From Fimbriosthenelais zetlandica (Eukaryota): a stretch of DNA of 64,000 bases. Shown here piece after piece: positions 21,496-34,633 of this stretch (its first letter is position 1; each line of letters starts with the position of its first letter). The notes under the pieces were generated by a model that was not told the origin of the DNA, ran no database searches, and worked only from the letters and a program-made list of their open reading frames with translations. Position numbers and translations under genes: made by a program. Location: positions 3,906,001 through 3,970,000 of the forward strand of contig OZ365119.1 in assembly GCA_977030845.1 (NCBI GenBank), read 5' to 3'.

Positions 21496-23110
21496 ATGGC
21501 TATTTCATTGTCAATTGCTGTTGGATTTCTAACCTTCCTTGTGTGTAAGGTACTTTATGACTATGTCTGGCCTACAAGGCCGGCTCTACCAGGACCCTGG
21601 GCATTCCCATTCCTTGGTAACATCCTCCAAATGAGGAAAATGTCATATTTATCACTCACTCACTGAATTAGCTAGACAATATGGCGGATTGTACAAGCTG
21701 CGCTTCTTCCGTACTGAATATGTTGTCGTGAGTGATTTGTCTTTAATTCACGAGGTTTTCGCTTCCGAGGACTGCTCGGCCCGAGCTTATTCTTACCGAA
21801 TGAATCAAATGATCATGAAAGGATGGCCGAATGTCATCTTGGGTTGCTACTCTCCCGAATGGAACGATAGAAAGAAAGCATTGATTCGATCCCTCAGCGC
21901 GTATGGATTAGCAGGTACTAAGTTAGAACACATCACCACTCAATGGATTGACAAACTTTTGAGTGATATGTCACTCGAGAGTGGAGAAGATTCCACCCAG
22001 AGCATCGATTTGAAGACTCACTTCCATTTATGCACGGCTGGGGTCATCACTACATTGATGTATGGAAGGAAGTTAGAGAATTCAGTCATTATGGAACTTA
22101 AGAAAGGTGATTATGCAAAGATGAAGTTTATGGCACCGTTTGGACTCGCTGCATTAATTGATCGGTTCCCATGGGTCAGATTCCTGCCCATTAAGAGCCT
22201 CCAGGAGGGTGTAGCATCTACTGATGTGACATCAGATTGGTTGCAAGCAAGGTTCAAAGAACTAAAAGCACGAGACAAGGCAAAACACCACCAACCTGAG
22301 AAATTGGTTACACTTGGGACCGACGGGCAAAAGGATAATTCTAAGGACAATCCTGTGAGCAAGAACACCAAAATTGAAGGACCAACTGAGGGGGGAAGCA
22401 TTCTACATTCCTTGATGGAACATGTGAACAAAGTTACCAATAAATATTTCAGCGAAGCTGAGATACTCGGGATGTCATCTAATATCGTTTCTGCTGGTTT
22501 TCAAACCACTGCCAACTCCCTTTACTGCTTTTTCCTGATATTACTGAACCATCTGGACATTCAAGAGAAACTCTATGAAGAAATTCGAAATGTTCTTGGA
22601 GAAAGACAACCTATAATGGCGGACAGGAATCGCATGCCTTATATGGCTGCTGCAATTGAGGAACTCCTGCGTTACACAAGTATTTTTCCTATGGCATTGG
22701 ATCATTACACAAGCAAAGACACTGTAATCAGTAGCTACCACATTCCTAAAGATACCCACATCCTCATCAACCTCTGGGCCGTAAGCCACAACGAGGAATA
22801 CTTCCAAAACCCGTGGGAGTTCAAACCTGAAAGATTCATCACAGACGATGGCATGTTGACAATCGGTGGGGAGAAAATGAGAAGTTACAATCTACCATTT
22901 GGCGGAGGGAAGAGAATATGCGCTGCCATGCCCATGGCTAGGAATAGGATCTTTCTCATTGTCACATCTATGCTGCAGAAATTCAAGTTCCTGCCTGAAG
23001 ATGGATCCAACATCCCATCCTGTGACCCACGTCTCTATTGTCCTGGATTTCTTCTTATACCCCACCCTTATAGAGTGCGGATTGAGGAAAGAAAAACGGC
23101 TGGGAGTTAG
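21496..23110 (+). pseudogene. Cytochrome P450 copy 3, frameshifted by a 4-nt CACT duplication near 21652-21666
   Basis: Near-identical to copy 2 from ATG 21496; TCACTCACTCACTGA versus TCACTCACTGA in copy 2; remainder open to 23110. Confidence 0.8.
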
Positions 23111-23771
23111 AAGTGAATCCTAGCTTCAAGCTTGGTAATCGTTTGGGGTTACAAGATGGCAAATTTTGAGCTGTGACTTGACATCCAAGAAGCAACCACT
23201 TGCAGCTCACTGCAGGCTCAAACCGAATATTATCACTCTTCTCGTTCTGTTGGAGAGATTTTAAATTAAAAGTGAAATATAAAACACGTTTCTTTGCATA
23301 GCTTAATTCTGAATATTGACTACAGTTGAAGTGCTTATTCACAAAAGAGGCCTTGAAATAAGGACACTCAGAACACAGAAGGTTTGGCACCGGTATATTT
23401 TTTTTATCTTGAAAAGTTCAACAGTCGAGGTCAATAAAAAGCTAAGAACCCTGAAAATGGAGGTATTTTTTGGTATTTTCTCTATAGCTGTATAAGTGTA
23501 CCAGGGCTCGGAGGCTTTGGCTGCTTATTAGTTATTCGGTGTGACACAATCCTTTCACCATCCCTATGTGATATATTATGTAGAATCTGATAGTGGTATT
23601 TATGTTCAAAGTTTAAAATAAAGTAGGACAGTATACTAAATAGTTTTCAATCCATGCTACAATTTATATGCGACTGGTGTGACATTTGTACTACATTTAA
23701 AGATAACCCAGATTAATTTAATTCATTTAATAGGTCTGTCACTCTGAGAAGTATAAACCCAGAGGAGAATC

Positions 23772-25463
23772 ATGGCTATTTCATTGTCAATTGTTGTTGG
23801 ATTTCTGACCTTCCTTGTGTGTAAGGTACTTTATGGTTATGTCTGGCCTACAAGGCCGGCTCTACCAGGACCCTGGGCGTTACCATTCCTTGGTAACATT
23901 CTCCACATGAGAAAAAGCTCCTATTTAGGCCTCACTGAATTAGCTAGACAATATGGAGGATTGTACAAGCTGCGCTTCTTCCGTACTGACTATGTTGTCG
24001 TGAGTGATTTGTCTTTAATTCAGGAGGTTTTAGCTTCCGAGGCCTGCTCTGCCCGAGCTTATTCTTACCGAATGAATCAAATGATCTTAAATGGTTGGCC
24101 GAATGTCGTCTTGGCCAGCTATTCTCCCGAATGGAACGATAGAAAGAAAGCCATGATTCGCACGTTCAACGCATATGGACAGGCAGGTACTAAGTTAGAA
24201 CGCATCACCACTCAATGGACCGATAAACTTTTGAGTGACATTTCACTCCAGAGTGAAGATTCCACCCAGAGCGTCGATTTGAAGACTCACTTCCATTTAT
24301 GCACGGCTGGGGTCATCACTACATTGATGTATGGAAGGAAGTTAGAAGATTCTGTTATCATGGAACTTAAAAAGGGTGAATATGCCAAACTGAAATTCAT
24401 GGCACCATTCGGACTTTCTGCACTAATTGACTGGTTCCCTTGGGTCCGATTCCTACCTATTAAAAGCATACAGGAGGGTGTAGCATCCACACTTGTGACA
24501 CCAAATTGGTTAGAAGCCAGATACAAGGAGATGAAAGAGCTCGACAAGGCGGTTACCAACCTGCCAGACGACCAAAAGGAAAATCCTGAGGAAAGCACAA
24601 TGAGAGGGAACACCAAAAGTGAACGGCCAAATGACACACAAGTTGGGGATCGAAGCATTCTGCATTCCTTGATGGAACATACAAATAAAGTTACCAATAA
24701 ATCTTTCACCAAAGCTGAGATACTAGGAATGTCATCTAATATGATTTCTGCCGGGTTCCAAACTACTTCAAACTCCCTTTACTGCTTCATTCTCATATTA
24801 CTGAATCATTTGGACATTCAAGAGAAACTCTATGAAGAAATTCGTAATGTTCTTGGAGAAAAACAACCTATAATTTCGGACAGGAATCGTATGCCTTATA
24901 TGGTGGCTGCCATTGAGGAACTGTTCCGATATACAAGCATTTTTCCTATGCCATTGGATCATTACACAAGCAAAGACACCACAATAAGTAGCTACCACAT
25001 TCCTAAAGACACCAACATGCTCATCAACCTCTGGGCCGTAAGCCACAATGAAGAATACTTCCCAAACCCATGGAAATTCAAACCTGAAAGATTCATCACA
25101 GACGATGGCATGTTGACAATCGGTGGGGAGAAAATGAGAAGTTACAATCTACCATTTGGCGGAGGGAAGAGAATATGTGCTGCCATGCCCATGGCTAGGA
25201 ACAGGATCTTTTTGATCATCACAAGTATGCTGCAGAAATTCAAGTTCCTGCCTGAAGACGAGTCTAATATCCCGTCCTGTGATCCACGTCTCTATTGTCC
25301 TGGATTTCTTCTTATACCGCACCCTTATAGAGTACGGATTGAGGAAAGGAAAGATCTGGGAGCTAAGAGTGTTAGGTCATTTAGGCCTAAAGGTTGCCTA
25401 GTAAAGTCTGAAACCTCTCAAGGCATAACTTACAATTTGAGCGCTTCTGCCATTACCAATTGA
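23772..25463 (+). CDS. Cytochrome P450 (clan 2-like), intronless, copy 4, 563 aa with extended C-terminus
   Basis: Same motifs; a 1-nt shift near the paralogous stop extends the tail. Confidence 0.93.
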   Translation: MAISLSIVVGFLTFLVCKVLYGYVWPTRPALPGPWALPFLGNILHMRKSSYLGLTELARQYGGLYKLRFFRTDYVVVSDLSLIQEVLASEACSARAYSYRMNQMILNGWPNVVLASYSPEWNDRKKAMIRTFNAYGQAGTKLERITTQWTDKLLSDISLQSEDSTQSVDLKTHFHLCTAGVITTLMYGRKLEDSVIMELKKGEYAKLKFMAPFGLSALIDWFPWVRFLPIKSIQEGVASTLVTPNWLEARYKEMKELDKAVTNLPDDQKENPEESTMRGNTKSERPNDTQVGDRSILHSLMEHTNKVTNKSFTKAEILGMSSNMISAGFQTTSNSLYCFILILLNHLDIQEKLYEEIRNVLGEKQPIISDRNRMPYMVAAIEELFRYTSIFPMPLDHYTSKDTTISSYHIPKDTNMLINLWAVSHNEEYFPNPWKFKPERFITDDGMLTIGGEKMRSYNLPFGGGKRICAAMPMARNRIFLIITSMLQKFKFLPEDESNIPSCDPRLYCPGFLLIPHPYRVRIEERKDLGAKSVRSFRPKGCLVKSETSQGITYNLSASAITN

Positions 25464-27847
25464 AGGATCGCAATCTGCACGATTTCTTTCGGTCTGATAA
25501 AAATATTTGGAGACTGCCAATTTAGAGAGCCGCAAATTATAATTGCTGGTTACCCCATAAGCAAACATTATGCTCACTTCTTAAATATTGAGTGCTAAAA
25601 ACATAAAGCATGTGTTTTCTTGGATGATTTTTTTTAGCTGAAATTAAAAATAAATATTTCAATGCATAGCTTATGATCTCTGTACTATTATATCTCTATT
25701 TCTTACTGATGCGTTGGCTATATATCTATAAAAACGCATCTGAAACAGTCTGTCTGGAAATTATTAAACGATGTTAAACCTCCTTGGTAGAATTTTCTGA
25801 AAGCATTCAAAATGCAAGAGAAAACAATTACGCGATAAATTGGGGATTTCATATCAATACATATTTCACTATGCAATAAAGAATTAATATATGATTCATT
25901 GATTCAGCAACTATTTATTGCGCCCCTATAGTTGTGCCCCCCCCCCCCCCCCCACAAATTGAAATAAAATGGATCCTCCCCTGCCTCCTAAATAAACTCC
26001 TAGAATACATCTTATAATACATGGTGAAATTCAGAGCCTAATACTTTTCCACTGCCATCCCCAACCATACCTCTCAGCAGAGAATGGCTTGGGTAGGATT
26101 TTCCTTACATTAGGTCCGATATTGTGACCCCGGAAATATTTCTGTCACCCTGGACTATTATAATAATTTAATTCCTGGTAATATTTTCAATTTCAATTCC
26201 ATTTAATCCTCTGATACGAATTACTTATATTTCTAAGTTCCTGTAGTAAAATCTAAAATAAGTCCACTTCTAAATACCAATACGTTATAAATAGCTTAGT
26301 CACATGACACACTTCATACACTCACACCATCTCACGCACACACCAACCCAACACGCCATATCCAACACACCTTTACCTTCTAGCATTATACCTTCCAGTG
26401 TGGTAAATATCTTTTATTAAACTTTATATTTTGTTTTAAACCATTCACTCATATATGTATATTTGTTATGTCGTGTCAGAAACCATTATAAATTCATATA
26501 ACTTCATATAATTCCCTTAGATATCATACCGGTGTGTGCTCTGTGTTTACCATAAAACCTCTACTACCCTTACCGTAAACCCATATATGTTAACCCTAGC
26601 TTTTCCATTCATTTACTGTGTTACTTAATTCCAGTTGTAATATTGTTTATTCGAAATATTTGATGTGATTTAGTTGGAATATTTATTTTTATTTTATTTT
26701 AGTTTAACTAATTCCAAGCAATTTCTACAGACCAATTACAAACCTACAAAACTACAATCCAATGTCAAGACCAAGCTCAAACTACCATGTATTGTGTGTG
26801 AACCACTGGGCTTAAATATACTTTGAAAACCTAATAAACATTGAAACCTAATTTTCTATGTTGAAGTCAACAAGTATAATAGTAACTAGGCGATTAAGCT
26901 TGATAGATATCAATATTTCCTATCAATACTCTTACTATGTATTGAGGCTAATATTTCCCATATTTTTATCCCCTATCATAGGTGCTGATAGGCCTACAAG
27001 TAGCCTAAAGATAGTGGGCACATCATATAGCAGAAAGAGGCGGGAATGGCCGTAGTTCATCGTTTTGACAACGAGAGTGGTGGCGCTAGTGTACCGGGTC
27101 GGCGCATGTGTATTTGACATGCCAACCGCCTCTCCCGCCTCCTCGCATACCAACTTAGTAGTGCATCGATGGAAGCGTAGTCGCTTGGACACCAACACTC
27201 CCTACGCTCAAATAGGTATGTAGTTTCTATCATTTTCTTTGGTCTTTTCCCGACTATGGCTTCCAAATATATCACATCGGTTTCACCGGAGTTTTGTCTT
27301 TACTCCGGTGTATGTTTTGGTACCGATCGCTCCGAAATTCACACGTTTCCAGGGAGACAAAGATGGGAGGTGGTGCAATCGGAATTAAGTATCCGACTGA
27401 TTCAAAATGGCTGCCGGTGGCTATAGCCTGAAGGTTAAAACTAAATGCGCAGTTCTCTGTTGTTCTAAAGTGTTTCATGTGGGAATAGCGCCACCGAGAT
27501 TTATACCAAACTCTTTCTTATGACACTGGCTATCTTATGTGTGAAGTTTAATTGAAATTTATTGTATTTTCGTACTTGAAAACCTCCATTTTCCATCGAC
27601 ATTTGTGACCTAGTTATTTTGTCTGGGTCGTGTTTGACAGCATAATTGTGTGCGTTTCATATCAGATTTATTCACCGTTTTACTGATTTTGACTTGAATG
27701 AAACACACGGAAGCCATGGCGATTAAAATAGTCGGGGATTTTTTGTTTTGTTATACGGTTTGAACCGTTTCTAATGCCGTGTGTGCATTTCCTACCAAGT
27801 ATTGTTGGACCGCATACACAAAGGGCCATGGGAACAGGTGAGCCTTA

Positions 27848-28228
27848 GGCCAGACTTTGTTTATTGTTTGGTTCGCGGATCCGCCGACGAAAAATAGAAT
27901 TTTTTTTTATTATTATTTTCTAGCATTAGCGGATCCGCCGACGTTAGATCAAGTCAAAACGAAAAAAAATATTTTGTTTTACCTTCCGACCTCCGAAGTT
28001 TAAAAATGTTTATATCATGGACCTATACATCAATGGTTTTTAGCAGTTTATATTTTTAATGAAGATTAAAAATAAAATTTATATTTTTAATATTTTATTT
28101 TTTCCCCGCCGACGTTAATTTTTGAAAGATGACTAAATATTGGGATTCAGAATTTTTTATTTCCGCCCGCCCCCGAAACAAATTAGAACCATTTTGTCCG
28201 TGAACCAAACAATCAAAAAGGTCTGGCC
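27848..28228. mobile_element. PIF/Harbinger (Tourist)-like MITE
   Basis: TTA target duplication at 27845-27847 and 28229-28231; about 32-bp TIRs starting GGCCAGAC. Confidence 0.8.
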
Positions 28229-28749
28229 TTAGGACTGTTGGAAAAATGCCCTGGGTGACATCTCTTGTTGGTCAGGAAGCAGCTGCAACCTGTCACTTGC
28301 CACTTGTCTTGTCACTTGTCACTTATTGGCGTGACTTATTTGTGGTTTGCAGTTCTTTCCATTGAGGCAGTCTGTCAGTTTATCTTTGAAATCTCAGCCT
28401 CAGGATTGAAAATATTTATAAAATTTATGTACCCGTTTCTTGGACTCCGACCTTTGTGGACCGCTTTGAATTTACCTGTCATTCTCTGACTTTTTGTTAT
28501 CAGTTCATGTTCTTAAAAAGAAGCGAGAGTTTCCGCGCCTTTTTTTTTACTGTAACAGTGGTCAAATTTGAGTCTTTTGTTTCTCTTAGATCAAGAGAGA
28601 AAAATATATTGTAATCTTGTTGCCACTGTGGGTCTCAAATTTTGAGGGTGAACTGATAAGTGTTGTCAAATCCTGCAAGTTGCTGAATGTGTCTTTCCTT
28701 CAGGATTTTGTTGACACTTTGAATTATTTGATTATTGGAGACATAATCA

Positions 28750-29045
28750 TCATAGGGTATTGCAATTACCATACGGTATTGCACCACTATGGACTACCAC
28801 ACCTTTGAATTTTTTTTGTTGAACACCTATTTACCATAGGGTATTGCAATTACCATACGGTATTGCACCACTATGGACTACCACACCTTTGAATTTTTTT
28901 TTATTGTTGGATACATAATTATCATAGGGTATTGCACCACTAAGGACTCACACCTTTGAATTTGTTTATTGTTGGATACATAATTATCATAGGGTATTGC
29001 AATTACCATAGGGTATTGCACCACTATGAACTACCACATTAAGAT
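28750..29045. repeat. Second cluster of the TTACCATAGGGTATTGCA tandem family
   Basis: Units match those at 6772-7035. Confidence 0.85.
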
Positions 29046-29899
29046 CATGTTCATCTGATTCACATGAATGTATTTGGTTTTTAGACAGTTTCAGGTATTG
29101 CATTGGTATTGCAATAGTTCTGTTATTTCTGAGGATATTCTGGCATATTTCTGCCAGTGCCATTTCCCACATTTCATCATCAAAAGTCAGGGGCATTTGA
29201 TGACATTTGGGGCACTGCCATTGACCTTCACACAAATGTAATTGACAGACCTCAGTGGGAAACTCACCAATTTGAAATTTACATCCCTGTTTTTTTTTTC
29301 TTTGTTTTGTCTCACCATGTCGATCAGCAAAATGCCATGTTGCATTTACAATCGCATTTATACTTACACTATGTCTCATTGGCCTTAGACATTTACTGCG
29401 TGTTACTTCCGAAATACAAAAACTTAACCAAGTTTTTCCAGTATCTGGGACTCCGGTTTTATTTCTCTTGTCTCTTGGTTCCTGCTGGTACAATATGCTG
29501 GTTACAGTGTTCAGGCAAAATAGAACCACTCTCATGACATTGAGACAGGAGTTATTTTGATGTTATAGTCACTCCTAAACCGAATTCATGTCATATACTT
29601 ACTTACATTACCTGACAGAACGCCACCTGTATTTCTACATGGTGAGCTTCTGTCAACAAGGTTAAATTTTTCGATGTTTTCGTGTCAAAAGCGATGCCGC
29701 TTATGAGCCAGTTGCGAAATTAAAACCACTTCACTTCGATGCCATTAACATGGCCATGGCCTTTGCATGGGTCATCGCCTTGCATAGGTCATAGGCCATA
29801 AATGACATTGGCATGGGTCATAGGCCATTGTAACAAAGGGACTTGTCACTTGTGTTTATAGGATCAATATATTTTCCTTTTCCAATTCCAAGCGTATAG

Positions 29900-30090
29900 T
29901 AAAGTTCACCTGCTCCCCCAGGGTTTTGTGATTGAGCAGGGATGTGGAAGAGAGGGAGATTCTGATCAATCCAGGCTAAGCCTCTTGTCATGGCCTCATT
30001 TCTGTATATCTTACTAGGAACAAAATCGAGCAAATTAAGTCCTTGTAGATTTGTAACTCTTGATAAGGCTACATTTGCATAGCCATATTA
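29900..30090 (-). pseudogene. PIF1/Helitron-type helicase C-terminal relic
   Basis: VALSRVTNLQGLNLLDFVPSKIYRNE matches the helicase motif VI region (YVALSRV..L.GL....fd..kI); other helicase motifs not recognised. Confidence 0.55.
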
Positions 30091-31559
30091 TTGACATGGG
30101 TCAAGGACTCAATGGTGGTAAAGAATTCAGTGGTTGTGGATATCCACCACTGACTTTGACCACCATACTTTCCAAGTCCAAATCCTTCCTTAAAATCAGC
30201 TGTTTTCTGACCAGTTTTCCCTAGGTAGAAACTGACAGTCAACTTGATGAACTTACCACAATCCACTTATTCGTTCAGTGATGGACCAGAGACCTGATTC
30301 ATCGAGTAAGGGATAATTTATTTATCCCTCCATGCTCTTTCTTGCTAGCTTTCACACTCACAATGTAGCCCATCTGATAATCATTGTTGTTGTTATTTTC
30401 CACGTACTTTCTTTCCATCATGATTCCAGCCATCTTTCTTTCCTCGACACCAGCCTGTGTCATGATGTTGGGGAAAACAACATCCAACATACCCTATATG
30501 TTTTTGAATGGTATGTTGGTTCCCACATAGTGATAGTTGCTGTCTGCCAAGTCCACAAGACCCTATTTTATAATGTTCCATAAACTAATCACATACCCAA
30601 ACTTCCAAAAGAAATATTACCTTGGCAGCAGTTTTCCTGTTCAAAACGACTTATTCCATGTTTATACCTGTGCCTATCTTCTTGGGGTAAAAACTCCCAA
30701 AAGAAAAATATCCATTATGAAAAAAAACTTTTTCATTATACATATTCATTCTGTTATGGCTGGCTCTTTCCGTTTCTGATTGTGTCAACATTTTGGTGGA
30801 CATTGAACAATACAATACATTTTACAATACAATAATTTTGTTCTGTAGTGCAGACAACAACACACAATCCTTTTATATTATCGACAACCAAAGCAGAATA
30901 CACATCCCATTTGAGTGACTTGGAATTGTGAGGCCAGTCCGGTTGTCGTATCCCTGAAAAAAGTTGTGCATTTGCTCCAGAAGCTTTGGACTTCTGTTGA
31001 GCCTTTGGCTACTTGGGACACCCCCCCCCCCCCCCTGAATATTTACCACCATTCTCATCATTGCTAGCTTTCATATCTGGAATATAAACACGAACCTTTT
31101 CTGCTGTTTCATGTTTAAAGATATTCTCTCGTAAAACGAGCTGGAAACGTCTCAGAAGGTCGTGATGTACGACATTCTGTCGTTATCTCGATATATTTTA
31201 AGTCAGGCATCATTTCTCAAGATTGCTAGCTTTCATATCTGGAATATAAACCAGTGAGGGATTGATTGAAATAGTTGTCATCAAAGGCAGAAATGAAGCA
31301 GTATGATAAATCAATATTCTCTACAGAATCATTGTCAGGGAGCCATGATAGGATTTTGGAAGTTGCTTTTCTACAAACTAGCCTATATAAGATGGACATG
31401 ATAACACTCTATTGGCTTTCTAGTGAAACCATATTGACAATCCTACTACTACCCAAAACTAAACCTTATATTACTTGTAATAAAATACATTAACATTCCT
31501 AATTGAAGTTGTTTTTCTACAAAGTGAAACAAACAATACATTAATTTAACATTTTCATG

Positions 31560-32160
31560 GAGGTGAATTATTTCTCCGTTCCTCTTCCTCCTCTGAGGCA
31601 GGACACTTTACCACGCATTGAGAATGACGGGCATTTGATCGAAAATTGCAGAATAGACTACACTTTCTTACGAATAATTTTAAGGCTTCTGAGATTTTTA
31701 TGTTGCTAACTCGGTGGATAGTGGAGAAAATCGGAAGTTGAACGTAAATATTGTACTTACTCAATGTCTGAATAATTACTTCTCTGTTCTTATTCAGTAC
31801 AATTATTAGTTGAGTACAAGGAACGGAGCCATAGCATTGTTGAGTGGGTCGCAAGTTTTGCATTTCCTGCAGCTAGGACTAGCTCTAAGAGAGGTACCTC
31901 AAGTTCTCCTCAATTTTATTTTTTTGTTCGCAAAACAGAGTTGAACTCATAGGTGTATTATATAATTCCATTGTCTCTGATGACAATACAACGTCTGGTT
32001 CTCTTTCTGTTGGGATATTTGACACCAAAATTTCCAACTCTTTGGCATCATAATTGGTTCGCCATTCAGCTTCCTCTGAGGAAGGAGACATAGTCAAGTC
32101 TTGCTGTAATGTACTTTGTTCTACATTAGAAAATAATGGTAGAATGTTCCCCCCTTCACA
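31560..32160 (-). pseudogene. Possible Kolobok-like DDE transposase N-terminal relic
   Basis: Frameshifted pieces LLELV / CRKC / YGSV / PVILNAW...GEIIHL occur in the expected order; catalytic residues not seen. Confidence 0.3.
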
Positions 32161-32949
32161 CACAGTATTCCCAGTATAAGAAGGTGAAGGTTTGGGACGA
32201 TAATACTCTTATCAGAGGAGGAAAAAACTGAATGCTTGTACTGTTTGTTGTAGCAGTCCCTTGGGTAACATCTGCCTGGACAACAGAACTTTTGGTTACA
32301 GAACTTGCAACAAAAGAACTAGCACTTATCTAGTTATCTAACAGCAAAAGCTATGTGGCTCATTTCCTAGAAAAATATCGCCCATGTTAAAACCCTGTGA
32401 TTCCCCTCAATCCACAGGGGTAGGACTGCCCTCCCTTTTTTCTCTTTCTTAGGAGTTTTTTTGGGATTAGAGTAAAAAAAATGAACTTACCGGCGTTTGC
32501 GCCTCCTCATCTACTATCAGTTTTGAAATGGATGATTCAGAAGCGGGAGAGGAAGGGAATCTCTGCGCGTCTTGCGAGAATTCTTCGTCATACTCAAGCT
32601 ATTAATTAATAATGAAATTAATCCTGCATTGGACTCTAGGACCTGTTCCAACGTGATATTATGCTGTTAATTCTTATTAACAGCAAAGGATGATCTTGCT
32701 GCCCAACTAGTAATTTTAGCCAAGTTTATATCTTGTTTCCCCGCTCTTATAAGTATCTTAGAGTATTTTTACTTGAATTTAATTGGTACTTTCTGTCCTT
32801 TATTGGACTATCACTTGCTCTACACTTTCATTTTTTATGTACACATATTTTGGAAACACACACGAAAATAATAGTGTCATTATCCACACCCTGTCATTCA
32901 AAAAAATCTATCTTATATTTTATGATTAAAACTATTTTACTCCAACTTT

Positions 32950-33785
32950 AACTTCGTAGCTTGGGCTGATTGGTGATATTTCTAAACCAGGGACCAAGTT
33001 CTAGTATGCCTAAAACCACATGTTCATCATTGCTAGCTTTCATATCTGGAATATAAACTAGATTTAGGATGTCAGGACTTACATCACTGTATGATGCGGC
33101 TATGATGAATCTGTGATCACAGATTGTAGCTTCTGTGTTGTGGCCATCACTAAGAACAACCCCTAACCATTTCTCATCATTGCTAGCTTTCATATCTGGA
33201 ATATAAACTAGATTTAGGATGTCAGGACTTACATCACTGTATGATGCGGCTATGATGAATCTGTGATCACAGATTCTAGCTTCTGTGTTGTGGCAATCAC
33301 TAAGAAAAACCCCTAACCATTTCTCGTCATTGCTAGCTTTCATGTCTGGAATATAAACCAGATTTTAGTATGTCGTTTCTCACATCATGGTATGAGCCGG
33401 CTTTGATGAATCTGTGATCACAGATTGTAGCTTCTGTGTTGTGACAATCACTAAGAAAAAACCCTTTAACATTTCTCGTCATTGCTAGCTTTCATATCTG
33501 GAATATAAACTAGATTTAGGATGTCAGGACTCACATCATGGTATGAGGCGGCTATGATGAATCTGTGATCACAGATTGTAGCTTCTGTGTTGTGGCCATC
33601 AAAAAGAAAAACCCCTAACCATTTCTCATCATTGCTAGCTTTCATATCTGGAATATAAACCTGGTTTAGGACGTCACGTGTCATATCACAGTAGCTCGCG
33701 GCTGTGATGAATCTGAGATCACAGATTCTAGCTTCTGTGCATCTTTTCTCATCATTGCTAGCTTTCATATCTGGAATATAAACCA
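32950..33785 (-). repeat. 150-bp tandem array (about 5.5 units) translatable as 50-aa repeats
   Basis: CATTGCTAGC at 33028, 33178, 33328, 33480, 33630, 33753. Confidence 0.95.
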
Positions 33786-33814
33786 AGTATGTTAAAATAC
33801 TGTTTTATATGTCC

Positions 33815-34410
33815 ACATGTCCTTGGAACTGCCCTGTCTTTTATCCTTAGTTGTAACTATGATATCTGTCCTTGGAAATGCCCTGTCTTATATCATGAAC
33901 CATAACTATATCTGTCCTTGGAACTACCCTGTCCTATACTGAACCATAACATATCTGTCCTTGGAACTACCCTGTCTTATATCCTTTGTTATGACTGATA
34001 TCTGTCCTTGGAACTACCCTGTCTTATATCCTGAACCATAAATATATCTGTCCTTGGATCTACCCTGTCTTATATCCTGAACCATTACTATATCTGTCCT
34101 TGGAACTGCACTTTCCTATGCATATTTTTGATAAGGTTTCTTTAGAAAGGTTATTATGATATTATATGGCCTCATTGGGAACCTGCTCATGTAAAATTTA
34201 AAAATCATCGTCAGTATCCATAGAGTTGGCCGCCTCTATGACTCCTCCTGTGGCCTGCGTTCCTGATTTTGTCGGGGTCTAATATCCAGAACCAGAACTA
34301 TATCTTTCCTTGGAAATACCCTGTCTTATATCCTGAATCATAACTATATCTGTCCTTGGAACTACCCTGTCTTCTATCCTTAGTTGTAACTAATGATATC
34401 TGTCCTTAGC
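33815..34410. repeat. About 45-bp minisatellite (TATCTGTCCTTGGAACTACCCTGTCTTATATCC), two blocks
   Basis: About 6 units at 33815-34110 and 3 more at 34300-34410. Confidence 0.9.
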
Positions 34411-34633
34411 CAAGTAAAAACAGGTGCACTTTGTAGTCCACGATGAAGCAATACACACAACACAACAGGGAGACAGTTAGGTCCAGTAATGTTCGAGCAC
34501 AGCCCAAAATAAATGGGTCCTAATTATAAGTCCGCGAACATAATTAATTAATAATTAATAACTTAATTTGTTACCCACATTTGTATTACATGTACCAGCA
34601 TAGCCAAATTTGTCAATGAAAGTAATGGATGGA

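Noticed and set aside
19817-25046. Recurrent antisense ORFs inside the P450s (likewise inside the GPCRs)
   Set aside because: They recur only because the sense genes are duplicated; shadow frames.
26123-27276. Solo LTR (TGTGA...TCACA ends)
   Set aside because: Only 5-bp inverted ends, no target duplication, no second copy or primer-binding site visible; repeat-like but unassignable.
28987-29535. 182-aa ORF as an endonuclease or host gene
   Set aside because: No convincing motifs; its end runs into the tandem repeat.
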